This document shows, one piece after another, positions 24,163 through 32,000 of a stretch of DNA of 32,000 nucleotides. How positions within the stretch are numbered: position 1 is the stretch's first letter; every line of letters begins with the position of its first letter. A program made the translations under genes and the position numbers. The notes under the pieces are model-generated. The model saw nothing but the letters and a program-made list of their open reading frames with translations. It was not told the origin of the DNA and made no database searches. The DNA comes from Desulfobacterales bacterium (GTDB lineage: Bacteria > Desulfobacterota > Desulfobacteria > Desulfobacterales > UBA5852): assembly GCA_963674755.2 (NCBI GenBank), contig CAXXVS010000002.1:580651-612650 (forward strand). Reading direction: 5' to 3'.

Positions 24163-24801
24163 ATGACAGAACATGTGAAATCCAATTTTTTTTCCCAGGC
24201 CTGGCTGGTACTGCTTCTGTCCATCTGTTTCGGAGCCCTGCTGGCGGCCGTGCAGATCACCCTGGGGCCGACCATCGAGGCCAACAAAATCAACGAAACC
24301 CTGGCGAAAGTCCCCGAAATGGTTTTCGGTGCGGCACGGGCCGAGGAATTGGCCGCCAAGCATGAAACCGTGGATGTCAGTCCCCTCTCGGTGGAGGTGG
24401 ACAAGGCCGGGAAAAAGGTACGTTACAGCGTCTACGAAGCCAGGACCAATGGGCATCTGGATGGATGGGTCGCCAAAACCGCCGGTCAGGGGTATGCCGA
24501 CAAGATCGAAATGCTGATCGGCTTCGATCCGCAGATGGACAAGATCACCGGTATTTTCATCCTCGACCAGAAAGAGACACCCGGTCTCGGCAATAAAATT
24601 TCCACCGAAGACTGGCGGCACCAGTTTGTGGGCAAATCCACGGCGCAACCCCTTTCGGTGGTGAAGGGCAATGTCAAGGCCGGCAATGAGATCGACGCCA
24701 TCACGGGGGCCACCATTTCCTCCAAGTCCGTGACCGGTATCGTCAATACGGTGGTTAAAGATCTTCGTAACCCTTTGATTGAGAAGGCAAAAGGAAAGTA
24801 G
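24163..24801 (+). CDS. rnfG: Rnf complex subunit G (FMN-binding)
   Basis: N-terminal TM anchor and an FMN_bind domain with the covalent-FMN motif IDAITGATISS. Confidence 0.9.
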   Translation: MTEHVKSNFFSQAWLVLLLSICFGALLAAVQITLGPTIEANKINETLAKVPEMVFGAARAEELAAKHETVDVSPLSVEVDKAGKKVRYSVYEARTNGHLDGWVAKTAGQGYADKIEMLIGFDPQMDKITGIFILDQKETPGLGNKISTEDWRHQFVGKSTAQPLSVVKGNVKAGNEIDAITGATISSKSVTGIVNTVVKDLRNPLIEKAKGK

Positions 24802-24803
24802 TC

Positions 24804-25433
24804 ATGGCTGACCAACCCACTGCCCTGGAACGTTTCATTCAGGGGATTCTACCCGAAAATCCGGTTTTCAGGCAGCTTCTCGGGCTGTGCCCAACGCTGG
24901 CGGTGACCAACAACATGAAATCCGCCGTCACGATGGCCGGCGCGGTCATGTTCGTTCTCTTCTGCGCCAACGTCATCACCAGTCTGATCCGCAACCTGCT
25001 CAAGCCCCATCTGCGCATCGTCATCTTTACCCTGACCATTGCGACCTTCGTGACGATCGCCGACCGCTTCCTGGCCGCTTATCTCTATCAGATGAGCAAA
25101 ACCCTGGGACCTTACATCCCGCTGATCATCGTCAACTGCATCATCATCTGCCGCTGTGAAGTCTGCGCCTCCAAACAGGGGATGGTGACCGCCGGCGCGG
25201 ATGCCATCGGGCAATCCATCGGTTTCGGGATCGCCCTTTCGGCCATCGCCAGCGTGCGTGAAATCCTGGGGACCGGCAACTTTTTTGATATCCCCGTGCT
25301 GCCGGCGGCCTGGCCGGACTGGGTCATCATGGTGCTGCCGCCGGGGGCCTTTTTGACCTTTGGTCTCCTGATCGGGCTGGTGAACTGGTACACCTCATTG
25401 CGTGCATCTAAAGCCGGGAATAGCGAGGGCTAA
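24804..25433 (+). CDS. rnfE: Rnf complex subunit E
   Basis: Colinear with RsxE/NqrD ([12 protein letters not shown]..., ...[10 protein letters not shown]...). The start is 3 nt after the rnfG stop. Confidence 0.95.
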   Translation: MADQPTALERFIQGILPENPVFRQLLGLCPTLAVTNNMKSAVTMAGAVMFVLFCANVITSLIRNLLKPHLRIVIFTLTIATFVTIADRFLAAYLYQMSKTLGPYIPLIIVNCIIICRCEVCASKQGMVTAGADAIGQSIGFGIALSAIASVREILGTGNFFDIPVLPAAWPDWVIMVLPPGAFLTFGLLIGLVNWYTSLRASKAGNSEG

Positions 25434-25438
25434 CCACT

Positions 25439-26221
25439 ATGCTGAACTATATCGTCGATATTTTCCTGATTGCCGTAAGTGCTGCGCTCATCAACAACTT
25501 TGTGCTGCACTATTTCGTGGGCTGCTGTCCCTTCGTGGGGGTGTCCCGGCGCATCGACATGGCGTTTGGCATGGGAGCCGCGGTGACCTTCGTGATCAGC
25601 ATCGCGGCTTTCATCAGCTGGGTCATTACCACCTTTGTACTGGTGCAGGGGGCGCCCCTTTCGCGTTGGATCGCCGGCTTTTTCGTGTCGCCCGAGACTG
25701 CGGCCAACGTGGATCTGACCATATTAAGCTATATCGTCTATATCCTGGCGATTGCGTCCTCGGTGCAGTTCGTTGAAATGTATGTGCGCAAATTCTACCC
25801 CCCGCTCTATAAATCCTTCGGGGTCTACCTCCCTCTGATTACGACCAATTGTGCGATTCTCTTCGCGTGTCTGATGATCATGAGCCACATCGTGGGGGTG
25901 GACGATCCGGCTCAGGCGTGGGATCTGGGCCGCTCATTGGTGCTGGGTATTTTCGGCGGGGTGGGCTTTACCATCGCCATTGTCATCATGGCCGGTATCC
26001 GGGAAGAACTCGATCTGTGCGATGTGCCGGCGCCTTTCAAGGGGACGGCCATTACGATGATCGTAGCCGGTATCCTGGCCCTGGGATTCATGGGCTTCAC
26101 CGGTGTCGATTCCGGGCTGCGCAAAGCCATGACGCCGCGTCCGGCCGGCCAGGCCGTTTTAGACCAGAACCAACCGTCGCGCATCGTCGATCAAGGGACA
26201 AACAACCAGCCCATTGGCTGA
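25439..26221 (+). CDS. rnfA: Rnf complex subunit A (longer than the E. coli RsxA I recall, with inserts and a hydrophilic tail)
   Basis: Colinear with RsxA/NqrE ([44 protein letters not shown]). It has extra loops and a 37-aa polar C-terminal tail. Confidence 0.95.
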   Translation: MLNYIVDIFLIAVSAALINNFVLHYFVGCCPFVGVSRRIDMAFGMGAAVTFVISIAAFISWVITTFVLVQGAPLSRWIAGFFVSPETAANVDLTILSYIVYILAIASSVQFVEMYVRKFYPPLYKSFGVYLPLITTNCAILFACLMIMSHIVGVDDPAQAWDLGRSLVLGIFGGVGFTIAIVIMAGIREELDLCDVPAPFKGTAITMIVAGILALGFMGFTGVDSGLRKAMTPRPAGQAVLDQNQPSRIVDQGTNNQPIG

Positions 26222-26295
26222 ACCAGGCGATGCCGTCCGCATGCGACACTGACGGCAGGCATCCGCAGCGCCTATCAGGATAGGGAGATGGATTC

Positions 26296-27207
26296 ATGAA
26301 TGCAGTTACGTTGGGCCTTTCCGCTGGGACCCTTTTCGCGATGGCCGTCGTTTTTTCGTATATCCTCGGCTGGGCCAGCCGTAAATTTCACGTGGAAGTG
26401 GATTCCCGGGTGACGGCCATCATGGAAGTCCTGCCCGGCGCCAATTGCGGCGGCTGCGGGTTTGTGGGGTGCAGCGATTATGCCGAGGCCATCGTTGGTG
26501 CCGATGCGCCGGTCAACAAGTGCACGGTGGGCGGCGAAAGCTGTGCCGCCCAAGTGGCGGGTATCATGGGCGTGGAATTGAAGGAAACCCTGCCGTTCCG
26601 GCCGATCGTGCACTGCGGTGCGCATACCGAAGACAAGCTGCAGCGGCACACCTATTTGGGGGAGCAAACCTGTTCCGCGGTCAATCTGGTTTCCGGCGTG
26701 CAGGGATGCACTTATGGATGCCTGGGCTATGGCGACTGTACGCGGGCCTGCAATTACGACGCCATTCATGTCGTGGACGGTCTGGCGACGGTGGATTACG
26801 ACAAGTGCGTGGGTTGCGGCGCCTGCGCCAATGTATGCCCCCGCAATATCATTACGATGACGCCTTTCAAGTACCAGCGTGTGATGGCGGTGGCCTGTTC
26901 CAACAAGGATTTCGGCAAGGCGGTGAAGGAGGTTTGCCAGGTGGGCTGCATCGGGTGCAAGGCCTGTGCGAAAGCGTGCAGCCTTTTTCAGGTGGAAGAC
27001 AATTTGTCTTCCATCAATTATGATCTATACTGCCAGGACTACACGGAAGAGCTCAAGAAGGCCATCGAGAAGTGCCCCCAGAAGAAGATCATCCTGGTGG
27101 GCAAACCCACCGCCAAGCACCTGGAAGAGACCAAGGACATGGACGTTCCCGAGTTGGTGGAGGCCAATTTCCACACCACGGTGGATGATACCGAGTGGTG
27201 GGGCTAA
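26296..27207 (+). CDS. rnfB: Rnf complex subunit B (polyferredoxin-type)
   Basis: GGGAGA RBS. N-terminal TM anchor, a CGGCGFVGC...C cluster motif, then several ferredoxin-type motifs (CVGCGACANVCP, CIGCKACAKAC, and others). Confidence 0.95.
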   Translation: MNAVTLGLSAGTLFAMAVVFSYILGWASRKFHVEVDSRVTAIMEVLPGANCGGCGFVGCSDYAEAIVGADAPVNKCTVGGESCAAQVAGIMGVELKETLPFRPIVHCGAHTEDKLQRHTYLGEQTCSAVNLVSGVQGCTYGCLGYGDCTRACNYDAIHVVDGLATVDYDKCVGCGACANVCPRNIITMTPFKYQRVMAVACSNKDFGKAVKEVCQVGCIGCKACAKACSLFQVEDNLSSINYDLYCQDYTEELKKAIEKCPQKKIILVGKPTAKHLEETKDMDVPELVEANFHTTVDDTEWWG

Positions 27208-27260
27208 GCGGCTGAAAAAGGTCTGCTCCGTCAGAACCCCGTACACCGGAAGATTAGCGC

Positions 27261-27297
27261 AAGGCAGGGAAGAAGTTCCCTGCCTTTTTTTGTTTTT
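27261..27297 (+). terminator. strong rho-independent terminator of the rnf operon
   Basis: Perfect 11-bp stem AAGGCAGGGAA / TTCCCTGCCTT with loop GAAG, followed by TTTTTGTTTTT. Confidence 0.85.
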
Positions 27298-27361
27298 GTA
27301 AAGGGGCCTCTAAACAGCGCTGCCAAGACCGGTTTCCCGCCGTGCGTTGCCGGAGATCGCT

Positions 27362-28714
27362 TCAGACGGTCCGCACGGCTTTGACATGATTGGCAAAGCT
27401 GCGATCCTGCCAGGCCACGAATCCCAATTCCAGACTGACGTACCAGGCGCTCGTGTAACTGCGGCGGTCGCTGCTCCACAGCCGTTTCTGGTGGGTTGCA
27501 AAGTCCGGGGGGAGGCAAAAATCCGTATCGGAAAGGGGGGGGCGCAGAAGGGTCAGCAACTCCGCCACGGTGGGCAGACGCCAGTCGTTGTGGCCGGCCC
27601 ATCCCCGGGCGTTCAGTTTTTCGACGTAGGCCGCGGCCGCCGCCCAGTCCAGGGGATAGGCGCTGCCCCCATGTTGCCATTGCAGGCCGCTGGCGGCATC
27701 CAGGACGCTCCGGCCCCCCTCGCGGTGACGGAAGCGGGCCGCATGATAATGTTGGGGTTGCCAGAGAGCGTTTAATCCTAAAAGCGCCCTGGCATCACCG
27801 GTGCCGGTGCGCATGGGCTGCGCACGCGGGGTCTGTTGATCCGCCGGTTCCGGCCCCTGTCCGTCATCCGGGGGGGTAAACAGACGGCAGGTCGCCTCCC
27901 GGTCTTCTTGCCACTGCTGGTAGAGGGCCGTCAAAGCCTCGGCCATGGATGCCGCATCCGGATAGCGGTCAGACGGTTGCCGCGCGAGACTCCGGGCCAG
28001 AAAAGCGTCCCATTCCGGGGACAATTGCGGCTGGTGGCGACGGGCGGATTGGAGGGGATGACGGGGCAGTCTTCCGGTGAGCATGCGGTAGACCATGACC
28101 CCCACGGCATACAGATCGGCGGTGCGGTCGACCATGTCCGGGCGGGCTTCCTGTTCGGGCGCCGCGTAGTAGGGGGAGCCTACCTTAAGTGTCGGTGGTA
28201 CGCGCAGGCCTTCGCCGCGTGTCTTGGAAAGTCCGAAATCGCACAGCTTGACCGTGTCCTTTTCGGTCAGCAGGACGTTAAAGGGTTTCATATCCCGGTG
28301 GATGATGCCGGCGGCATGCAGACGACGCAACCCCGCCAGCATCTGGCGCGTATAATGGACCACCTTCTCGATGCGCAGGGGACGGGAGGGAGCCTCGGTG
28401 CGGTAGGTCTCCCCGATCACCGCGCCCAGGTTGTTGCCATAGTAGTCCATGACATAGAACGGACTTTCCTGGTGACGGCCGTAGTCGAACACCGCGATGA
28501 CATTCGGATGGCGTATGGCGGCCAAAAGCCGGGCCTCTTCGGTAAACAGGCGTTCGAGGGCTTCACGGCCCATGAGGTCGACCAGAAGTTCCGCCGGGGC
28601 CAGCAGCTTCAGGGCCAGGATGCGTCGGATGACAGGGACCTCGACCTTCAGCACCTTGCCCATGCCGCCCCGCCCCAGAAGCCCGCAGATGCGATAGTGT
28701 CCGATGGTTTTCAT
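27362..28714 (-). CDS. Hanks-type Ser/Thr protein kinase fused to a C-terminal DUF1566 (Lcl C-terminal-like) domain
   Basis: Kinase motifs GRGGMGKV, ALK, HRDMKPFNVLL, DFGLSK and APE. After a Pro/Gln-rich linker, the C-terminal 120 aa or so (WRLPTVAELLTL..., ...LWSSD...AWYVSL..G) match the DUF1566 pattern as I recall it. No TM segment is seen. Confidence 0.9.
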   Translation of the reverse strand: MKTIGHYRICGLLGRGGMGKVLKVEVPVIRRILALKLLAPAELLVDLMGREALERLFTEEARLLAAIRHPNVIAVFDYGRHQESPFYVMDYYGNNLGAVIGETYRTEAPSRPLRIEKVVHYTRQMLAGLRRLHAAGIIHRDMKPFNVLLTEKDTVKLCDFGLSKTRGEGLRVPPTLKVGSPYYAAPEQEARPDMVDRTADLYAVGVMVYRMLTGRLPRHPLQSARRHQPQLSPEWDAFLARSLARQPSDRYPDAASMAEALTALYQQWQEDREATCRLFTPPDDGQGPEPADQQTPRAQPMRTGTGDARALLGLNALWQPQHYHAARFRHREGGRSVLDAASGLQWQHGGSAYPLDWAAAAAYVEKLNARGWAGHNDWRLPTVAELLTLLRPPLSDTDFCLPPDFATHQKRLWSSDRRSYTSAWYVSLELGFVAWQDRSFANHVKAVRTV

Positions 28715-28728
28715 GGCGCTCGGCAGGG

Positions 28729-29457
28729 TTACAACAAACGGGTGGCGTGGGACTCCGGCAGCCCGGCGGCCAGTATTTTGGCCACGACCGCTTCGACATC
28801 GTAGGGCACATAGCGCAGTTCGACGGTCAGGGCTTCCGGGTCGAACACGACGTATTTGGCATTGTTGTTGCCGTCCCGCGGCTGACCGACGCTGCCCACA
28901 TTGACGATATAGCGGCCTTGGGGCTCCAACTGCCGGATGCCGCGGTAAAACTCGCTGCGTTCAATGTGCCCGTCCAGGGATTCGATGATTTCCGGATAAT
29001 GGGTGTGGCCGGTGAAGAAGATTTGCTCGGGAAGGGCGGCAAAGGTTTCCGCCAGCTCTTCGGCGGTGACCTGAAACTGATAGATCACAGGTGAATCGGG
29101 GGGGAAGCCGTGCACGAACCGGCAGGTGTCCTGGATACGGCAGTAGGGAAACTGGTGAATCCGATCGATGGCCTTTTCCGACAGCATGGTCACGGTCTTG
29201 CGGAGCGACTCGCGGGCCACGGGATTGAACCAGTCCAGTTCCGAAGGGTCGATGACGGCCAGCTCATGATTGCCCAGCACGGACGGAATACCCCGCTCCG
29301 TCAAACAATCGATGACGGCTTCCGGTTCGGGGCCATAGCCGATATTGTCGCCCAGGCTGAAAATAGCGGTGATGCCCAGCGATTCGATGTCCCGCAATAC
29401 TTCATCGAAGGCATCGCGATTGCTGTGGATATCGGAGAGTACGGCAATTTTTGTCAT
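28729..29457 (-). CDS. metallophosphoesterase (calcineurin-like, YfcE/MJ0936-type)
   Basis: Contains VLSDIHSN, LGDNIGYGPEP, GNHE, GHTH and VGSVGQPRDG. It ends 14 nt before the kinase start. Confidence 0.9.
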   Translation of the reverse strand: MTKIAVLSDIHSNRDAFDEVLRDIESLGITAIFSLGDNIGYGPEPEAVIDCLTERGIPSVLGNHELAVIDPSELDWFNPVARESLRKTVTMLSEKAIDRIHQFPYCRIQDTCRFVHGFPPDSPVIYQFQVTAEELAETFAALPEQIFFTGHTHYPEIIESLDGHIERSEFYRGIRQLEPQGRYIVNVGSVGQPRDGNNNAKYVVFDPEALTVELRYVPYDVEAVVAKILAAGLPESHATRLL

Positions 29458-29482
29458 GCCTGTGCCTTCCCGGTCAGTCTGT

Positions 29483-30268
29483 TCAACGAAGGATTCCCAA
29501 ATACCAGTGGATCAGTTCCGTACCGAAAAAAATATAGGCGATCGCTCCGGCGGCCAGAAAGGGGCCGAAAGGCAGGCGGCTTTTCATGGAGCGGCCGGTC
29601 GGCAGGGCCAGGGCCAGGCCGATCAGGGAGCCGGAAAGGGATGAAAAAAAGATCGTGAACAAGACCCCCTGCCAGCCGATTAAAGCACCGATCATCGCCA
29701 GGAGCTTGATATCACCGCCCCCCATACCATCGCGACCGGTCAGCAGTTGATAGCCCAGGGCCACGGCATACAGGGTGCCGCCGCCCAGGAGGATGCCGAT
29801 CAGGGCATCAACCCAGGAAATAAAGGGTACCAGGAAGCCCAGGAGAAAAAACAAGGGGATGCCCGTCAGGGAGAGGCGGTCGGGAATGATCTGGTGGTCG
29901 ATATCGATGAAGGTGATGACCAACAGGACGGCCACAAAGAGAAAATAGACGGGCGTGGCCATTGTGAGACCGTATTTCAAGAAGATGGCCAGGGCCGCGA
30001 TGCCGGTGATCAGTTCCACCAGGGGATAGCGCAACGGGATATGGACGCCGCAGCGGCGGCAGCGGCCCCGCAGCACGAGATAACTGATCATCGGAATATT
30101 GTCGTAAAAGCGGATGGCATAGCCGCAACGGGGGCAGGCCGAGGGCGGGTATACAATGGATTTGCCTTCCGGGATGCGGTAGATGCAGACGTTGAGGAAG
30201 CTGCCGATGCAGGCGCCGAAGCCCAAAGCGGCTATCTCGAGCAATCGGAACAACGGCATGGCTTGCAT
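29483..30268 (-). CDS. pilD: prepilin peptidase / N-methyltransferase (A24 family)
   Basis: N-terminal Cys pairs CPRCG...CRRCG, polytopic membrane topology, and conserved Asp contexts (FIDIDHQIIPD, GGGDIKLLA). Confidence 0.9.
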   Translation of the reverse strand: MQAMPLFRLLEIAALGFGACIGSFLNVCIYRIPEGKSIVYPPSACPRCGYAIRFYDNIPMISYLVLRGRCRRCGVHIPLRYPLVELITGIAALAIFLKYGLTMATPVYFLFVAVLLVITFIDIDHQIIPDRLSLTGIPLFFLLGFLVPFISWVDALIGILLGGGTLYAVALGYQLLTGRDGMGGGDIKLLAMIGALIGWQGVLFTIFFSSLSGSLIGLALALPTGRSMKSRLPFGPFLAAGAIAYIFFGTELIHWYLGILR

Positions 30269-30471
30269 TCCTTGCAGCTTGCGGGGGTTCCCGGCGATGG
30301 TTAGGATTACACTACAAGCCGCGTGTACAGGGACGGTCGGACGATCGTCGCGGGACCATCGGTGACGGCGGCCTGGTGGCTGACATTTTGACTTTATATT
30401 TAGGCGTGCGCCGCCAAAAAAGCAAGGCGGATGTGTTGTTTTTACCCGTTATCGTCTTATATTTATATGTT

Positions 30472-30523
30472 TTAGCGCCTGGGACAAAGATCGCTGTAAG
30501 GGGCCCGGCGATCCCCGCGCTAA
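30472..30523 (+). promoter_or_regulatory. nested imperfect hairpin in the lon 5' leader
   Basis: Outer arms TTAGCGC (30472-78) / GCGCTAA (30517-23) and inner arms GATCGC (30489-94) / GCGATC (30508-13). It ends about 30 nt before the lon RBS (AAGGAGA, 30552-58). Confidence 0.3.
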
Positions 30524-30562
30524 CGGCGGCTTGAAGAACGACCCCGGATCCAAGGAGATACA

Positions 30563-32000
30563 ATGGCTGAAACCGATAAGGACGATCTGGTCACCATCAT
30601 CGACGAAGAAGAACGGCAGGATGTTGTACCGGAAGCCCTGCCGCTGATGCCGGTGCGCGATGTGGTGATTTTCACCGATATGCTGCTGCCGTTGTTCGTC
30701 GGGCGCAAGAAGTCGATCCGTGCCGTGGAGGAAGCCTTGGCGAAAGACGGCTACATCCTGCTGGCGACCCAGAAGGATCCCAATGTGGAGAACCCCGGAT
30801 CGGACGATATCTATTCCATCGGGACCATCGGTCGCATCCTGCGTATGCTCAAACTGCCGGACGGGCGCGCCAAGGCCCTTGTCCAGGGCGTTGCCAAGGC
30901 CCGTATCAAACGCTATCTGCGCACCCGCAGCTTCTACCGGGTCAAGATTGAAACCCTCGTGGAACCCGAGCTTACGGAAATGAGCATCGAGGTGGAAGCC
31001 CTCATGCGCAATGTCCGGGAATATTCGGAAAAAATCCTGGCCCTGCGCGGCGAATTGACCAACGATGTCAGTGCGATTCTCGACAGCATCGACAATCCCG
31101 GCAAGCTGGCGGATCTGGTGGCCTCCAACCTCAAGCTGAAGATCGAAGAAGCCCAGGAGGTTTTGGAGAACGTCGATCCGGTTAAACGGCTTGAGAAAGT
31201 CAATACCCTCCTGTCGCGGGAGATGAGCCTTTCCACGATCCAGGCCAAAATCCAATCCGAGGTCAAGGACGAGATTTCCAAAAACCAACGGGATTATTTC
31301 CTGCGGGAGCAGATGCGGGCCATCAACCGGGAACTGGGCGAAGGGGACGACCGGGCCCAGGAGATCGAAGACTATCAGGGCAAAATCCGCAAATCGGGCA
31401 TGTCCAAGGAAGCCCGCGAAGAAGCCCACAAGCAGCTCCGCCGGCTGGAGCAGATGCATTCCGATTCCGCCGAGGCGGCCATCGTTCGCACCTATCTGGA
31501 CTGGATGGTGGAAGTTCCCTGGCGCAAGGCCACCAAAGACATGCTGGACCTGGCGTATGCCCGCAAGGTGCTGGACCGGGAGCATTACGGTTTGAGTAAG
31601 ATCAAAGACCGCATCCTGGAATACCTCAGCGTGCGTAAACTCAACCCCAAGATGAAGGGCCCCATCCTGTGTCTGGTGGGGCCTCCGGGAGTCGGCAAAA
31701 CCTCGCTGGGGCAGGCCATTGCCAAAGCCATGAAACGCAAATTCACCCGCATGTCTCTGGGGGGCATCCATGACGAGGCTGAAATCCGGGGACATCGCCG
31801 CACCTATATCGGTGCGCTGCCCGGGCGCATCATCCAGGGGCTCAAGCAATGCGGGGTCAACAACCCGGTCTTCATGATGGACGAAATCGACAAGCTGGGG
31901 TCTGATTTTCGGGGCGATCCGTCCTCGGCGCTGCTGGAAGCGTTGGACCCGGAGCAGAATGGGGCCTTCAGCGACCATTACCTGAACCTGCCCTTCGACC
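30563..32000 (+). CDS. lon: ATP-dependent protease Lon (LonA), 5' part; continues beyond the window
   Basis: AAGGAGA RBS and ATG at 30563. My translation gives MAETDKDDLVTIIDEEERQDVVPEALPLMPVRDVVIFTDMLLPLFVGR (Lon N domain) and later Walker A GPPGVGKTS and Walker B FMMDEIDK. It is absent from the ORF track because there is no stop codon inside the window. Confidence 0.95.
   Translation, partial: MAETDKDDLVTIIDEEERQDVVPEALPLMPVRDVVIFTDMLLPLFVGRKKSIRAVEEALAKDGYILLATQKDPNVENPGSDDIYSIGTIGRILRMLKLPDGRAKALVQGVAKARIKRYLRTRSFYRVKIETLVEPELTEMSIEVEALMRNVREYSEKILALRGELTNDVSAILDSIDNPGKLADLVASNLKLKIEEAQEVLENVDPVKRLEKVNTLLSREMSLSTIQAKIQSEVKDEISKNQRDYFLREQMRAINRELGEGDDRAQEIEDYQGKIRKSGMSKEAREEAHKQLRRLEQMHSDSAEAAIVRTYLDWMVEVPWRKATKDMLDLAYARKVLDREHYGLSKIKDRILEYLSVRKLNPKMKGPILCLVGPPGVGKTSLGQAIAKAMKRKFTRMSLGGIHDEAEIRGHRRTYIGALPGRIIQGLKQCGVNNPVFMMDEIDKLGSDFRGDPSSALLEALDPEQNGAFSDHYLNLPFD

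Noticed and set aside
27836-28804. 322-aa plus-strand ORF
   Set aside because: Antisense to the Ser/Thr kinase gene; the sense frame has the complete set of Hanks motifs.
30472-30523. CIRCE (HrcA) operator upstream of lon
   Set aside because: Only the outer TTAGC/GCTAA arms resemble CIRCE. The spacing is about 38 nt rather than 9, and the GCACTC/GAGTGC core is missing.
30449-31978. 509-aa minus-strand ORF
   Set aside because: It is an antisense shadow of lon. The plus strand has an open frame from a strong RBS and ATG at 30563, with Lon N-domain and Walker A/B motifs. That frame is missing from the track only because it has no stop in the window.
1-32000. CRISPR arrays, tRNA or rRNA genes, IS elements or transposases, integrases, reverse transcriptases and toxin-antitoxin pairs
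   Set aside because: No regularly spaced direct repeats, no T-loop or acceptor-like tRNA signatures (GGTTCACAACC at about 14677 lacks a complementary stem), and no ORF with transposase, integrase or RT motifs were found by eye. A computational scan (tRNAscan-SE, Infernal, ISfinder, CRISPR detectors) would be needed to be definitive.

Overview
GC-rich bacterial chromosomal window with about 30 protein genes on both strands. By eye I found no rRNA, tRNA, CRISPR array, transposase or integrase. The gene content suggests an anaerobic Desulfobacterota (deltaproteobacterium-type) organism; this is inference only. Supporting genes are a complete rnfCDGEAB operon, a rubredoxin-type mini-protein, two diiron ferritin/rubrerythrin-like paralogs, a LUD-domain protein and YcgN. 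Left to right: rubredoxin-like mini-ORF and a divergent small conserved protein; J-domain protein plus EI24/CysZ-like membrane protein; MFS transporter; OmpA/Pal-like lipoprotein; LOG/PpnN-like nucleosidase; HAMP-PP2C phosphatase; UbiB/ABC1 kinase with an upstream Zn-ribbon protein; LUD protein; YcgN; excisionase-type HTH gene convergent with a secreted thermonuclease; ferritin-like protein; TPR protein; small ORF plus an 804-aa Lon-like AAA+ protease; EHD-like dynamin-superfamily NTPase; NUDIX hydrolase; Slp lipoprotein; second ferritin-like protein; rnfCDGEAB with a strong terminator; a minus-strand pilD, metallophosphoesterase and Ser/Thr kinase::DUF1566 operon; and the 5' part of canonical lon. 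This looks like core genome, and I see no clear mobile or defence island. The most unusual items are the EHD-like NTPase with a membrane hairpin next to the Lon-like module, the pilD-phosphoesterase-kinase operon, an 11-bp tandem-repeat/palindrome array ahead of the HTH gene, and several long structured non-coding spacers of unknown function. Many very long ORFs in the six-frame track are antisense shadows of real genes and were rejected. Several track ORFs were trimmed to internal starts that have RBS support.
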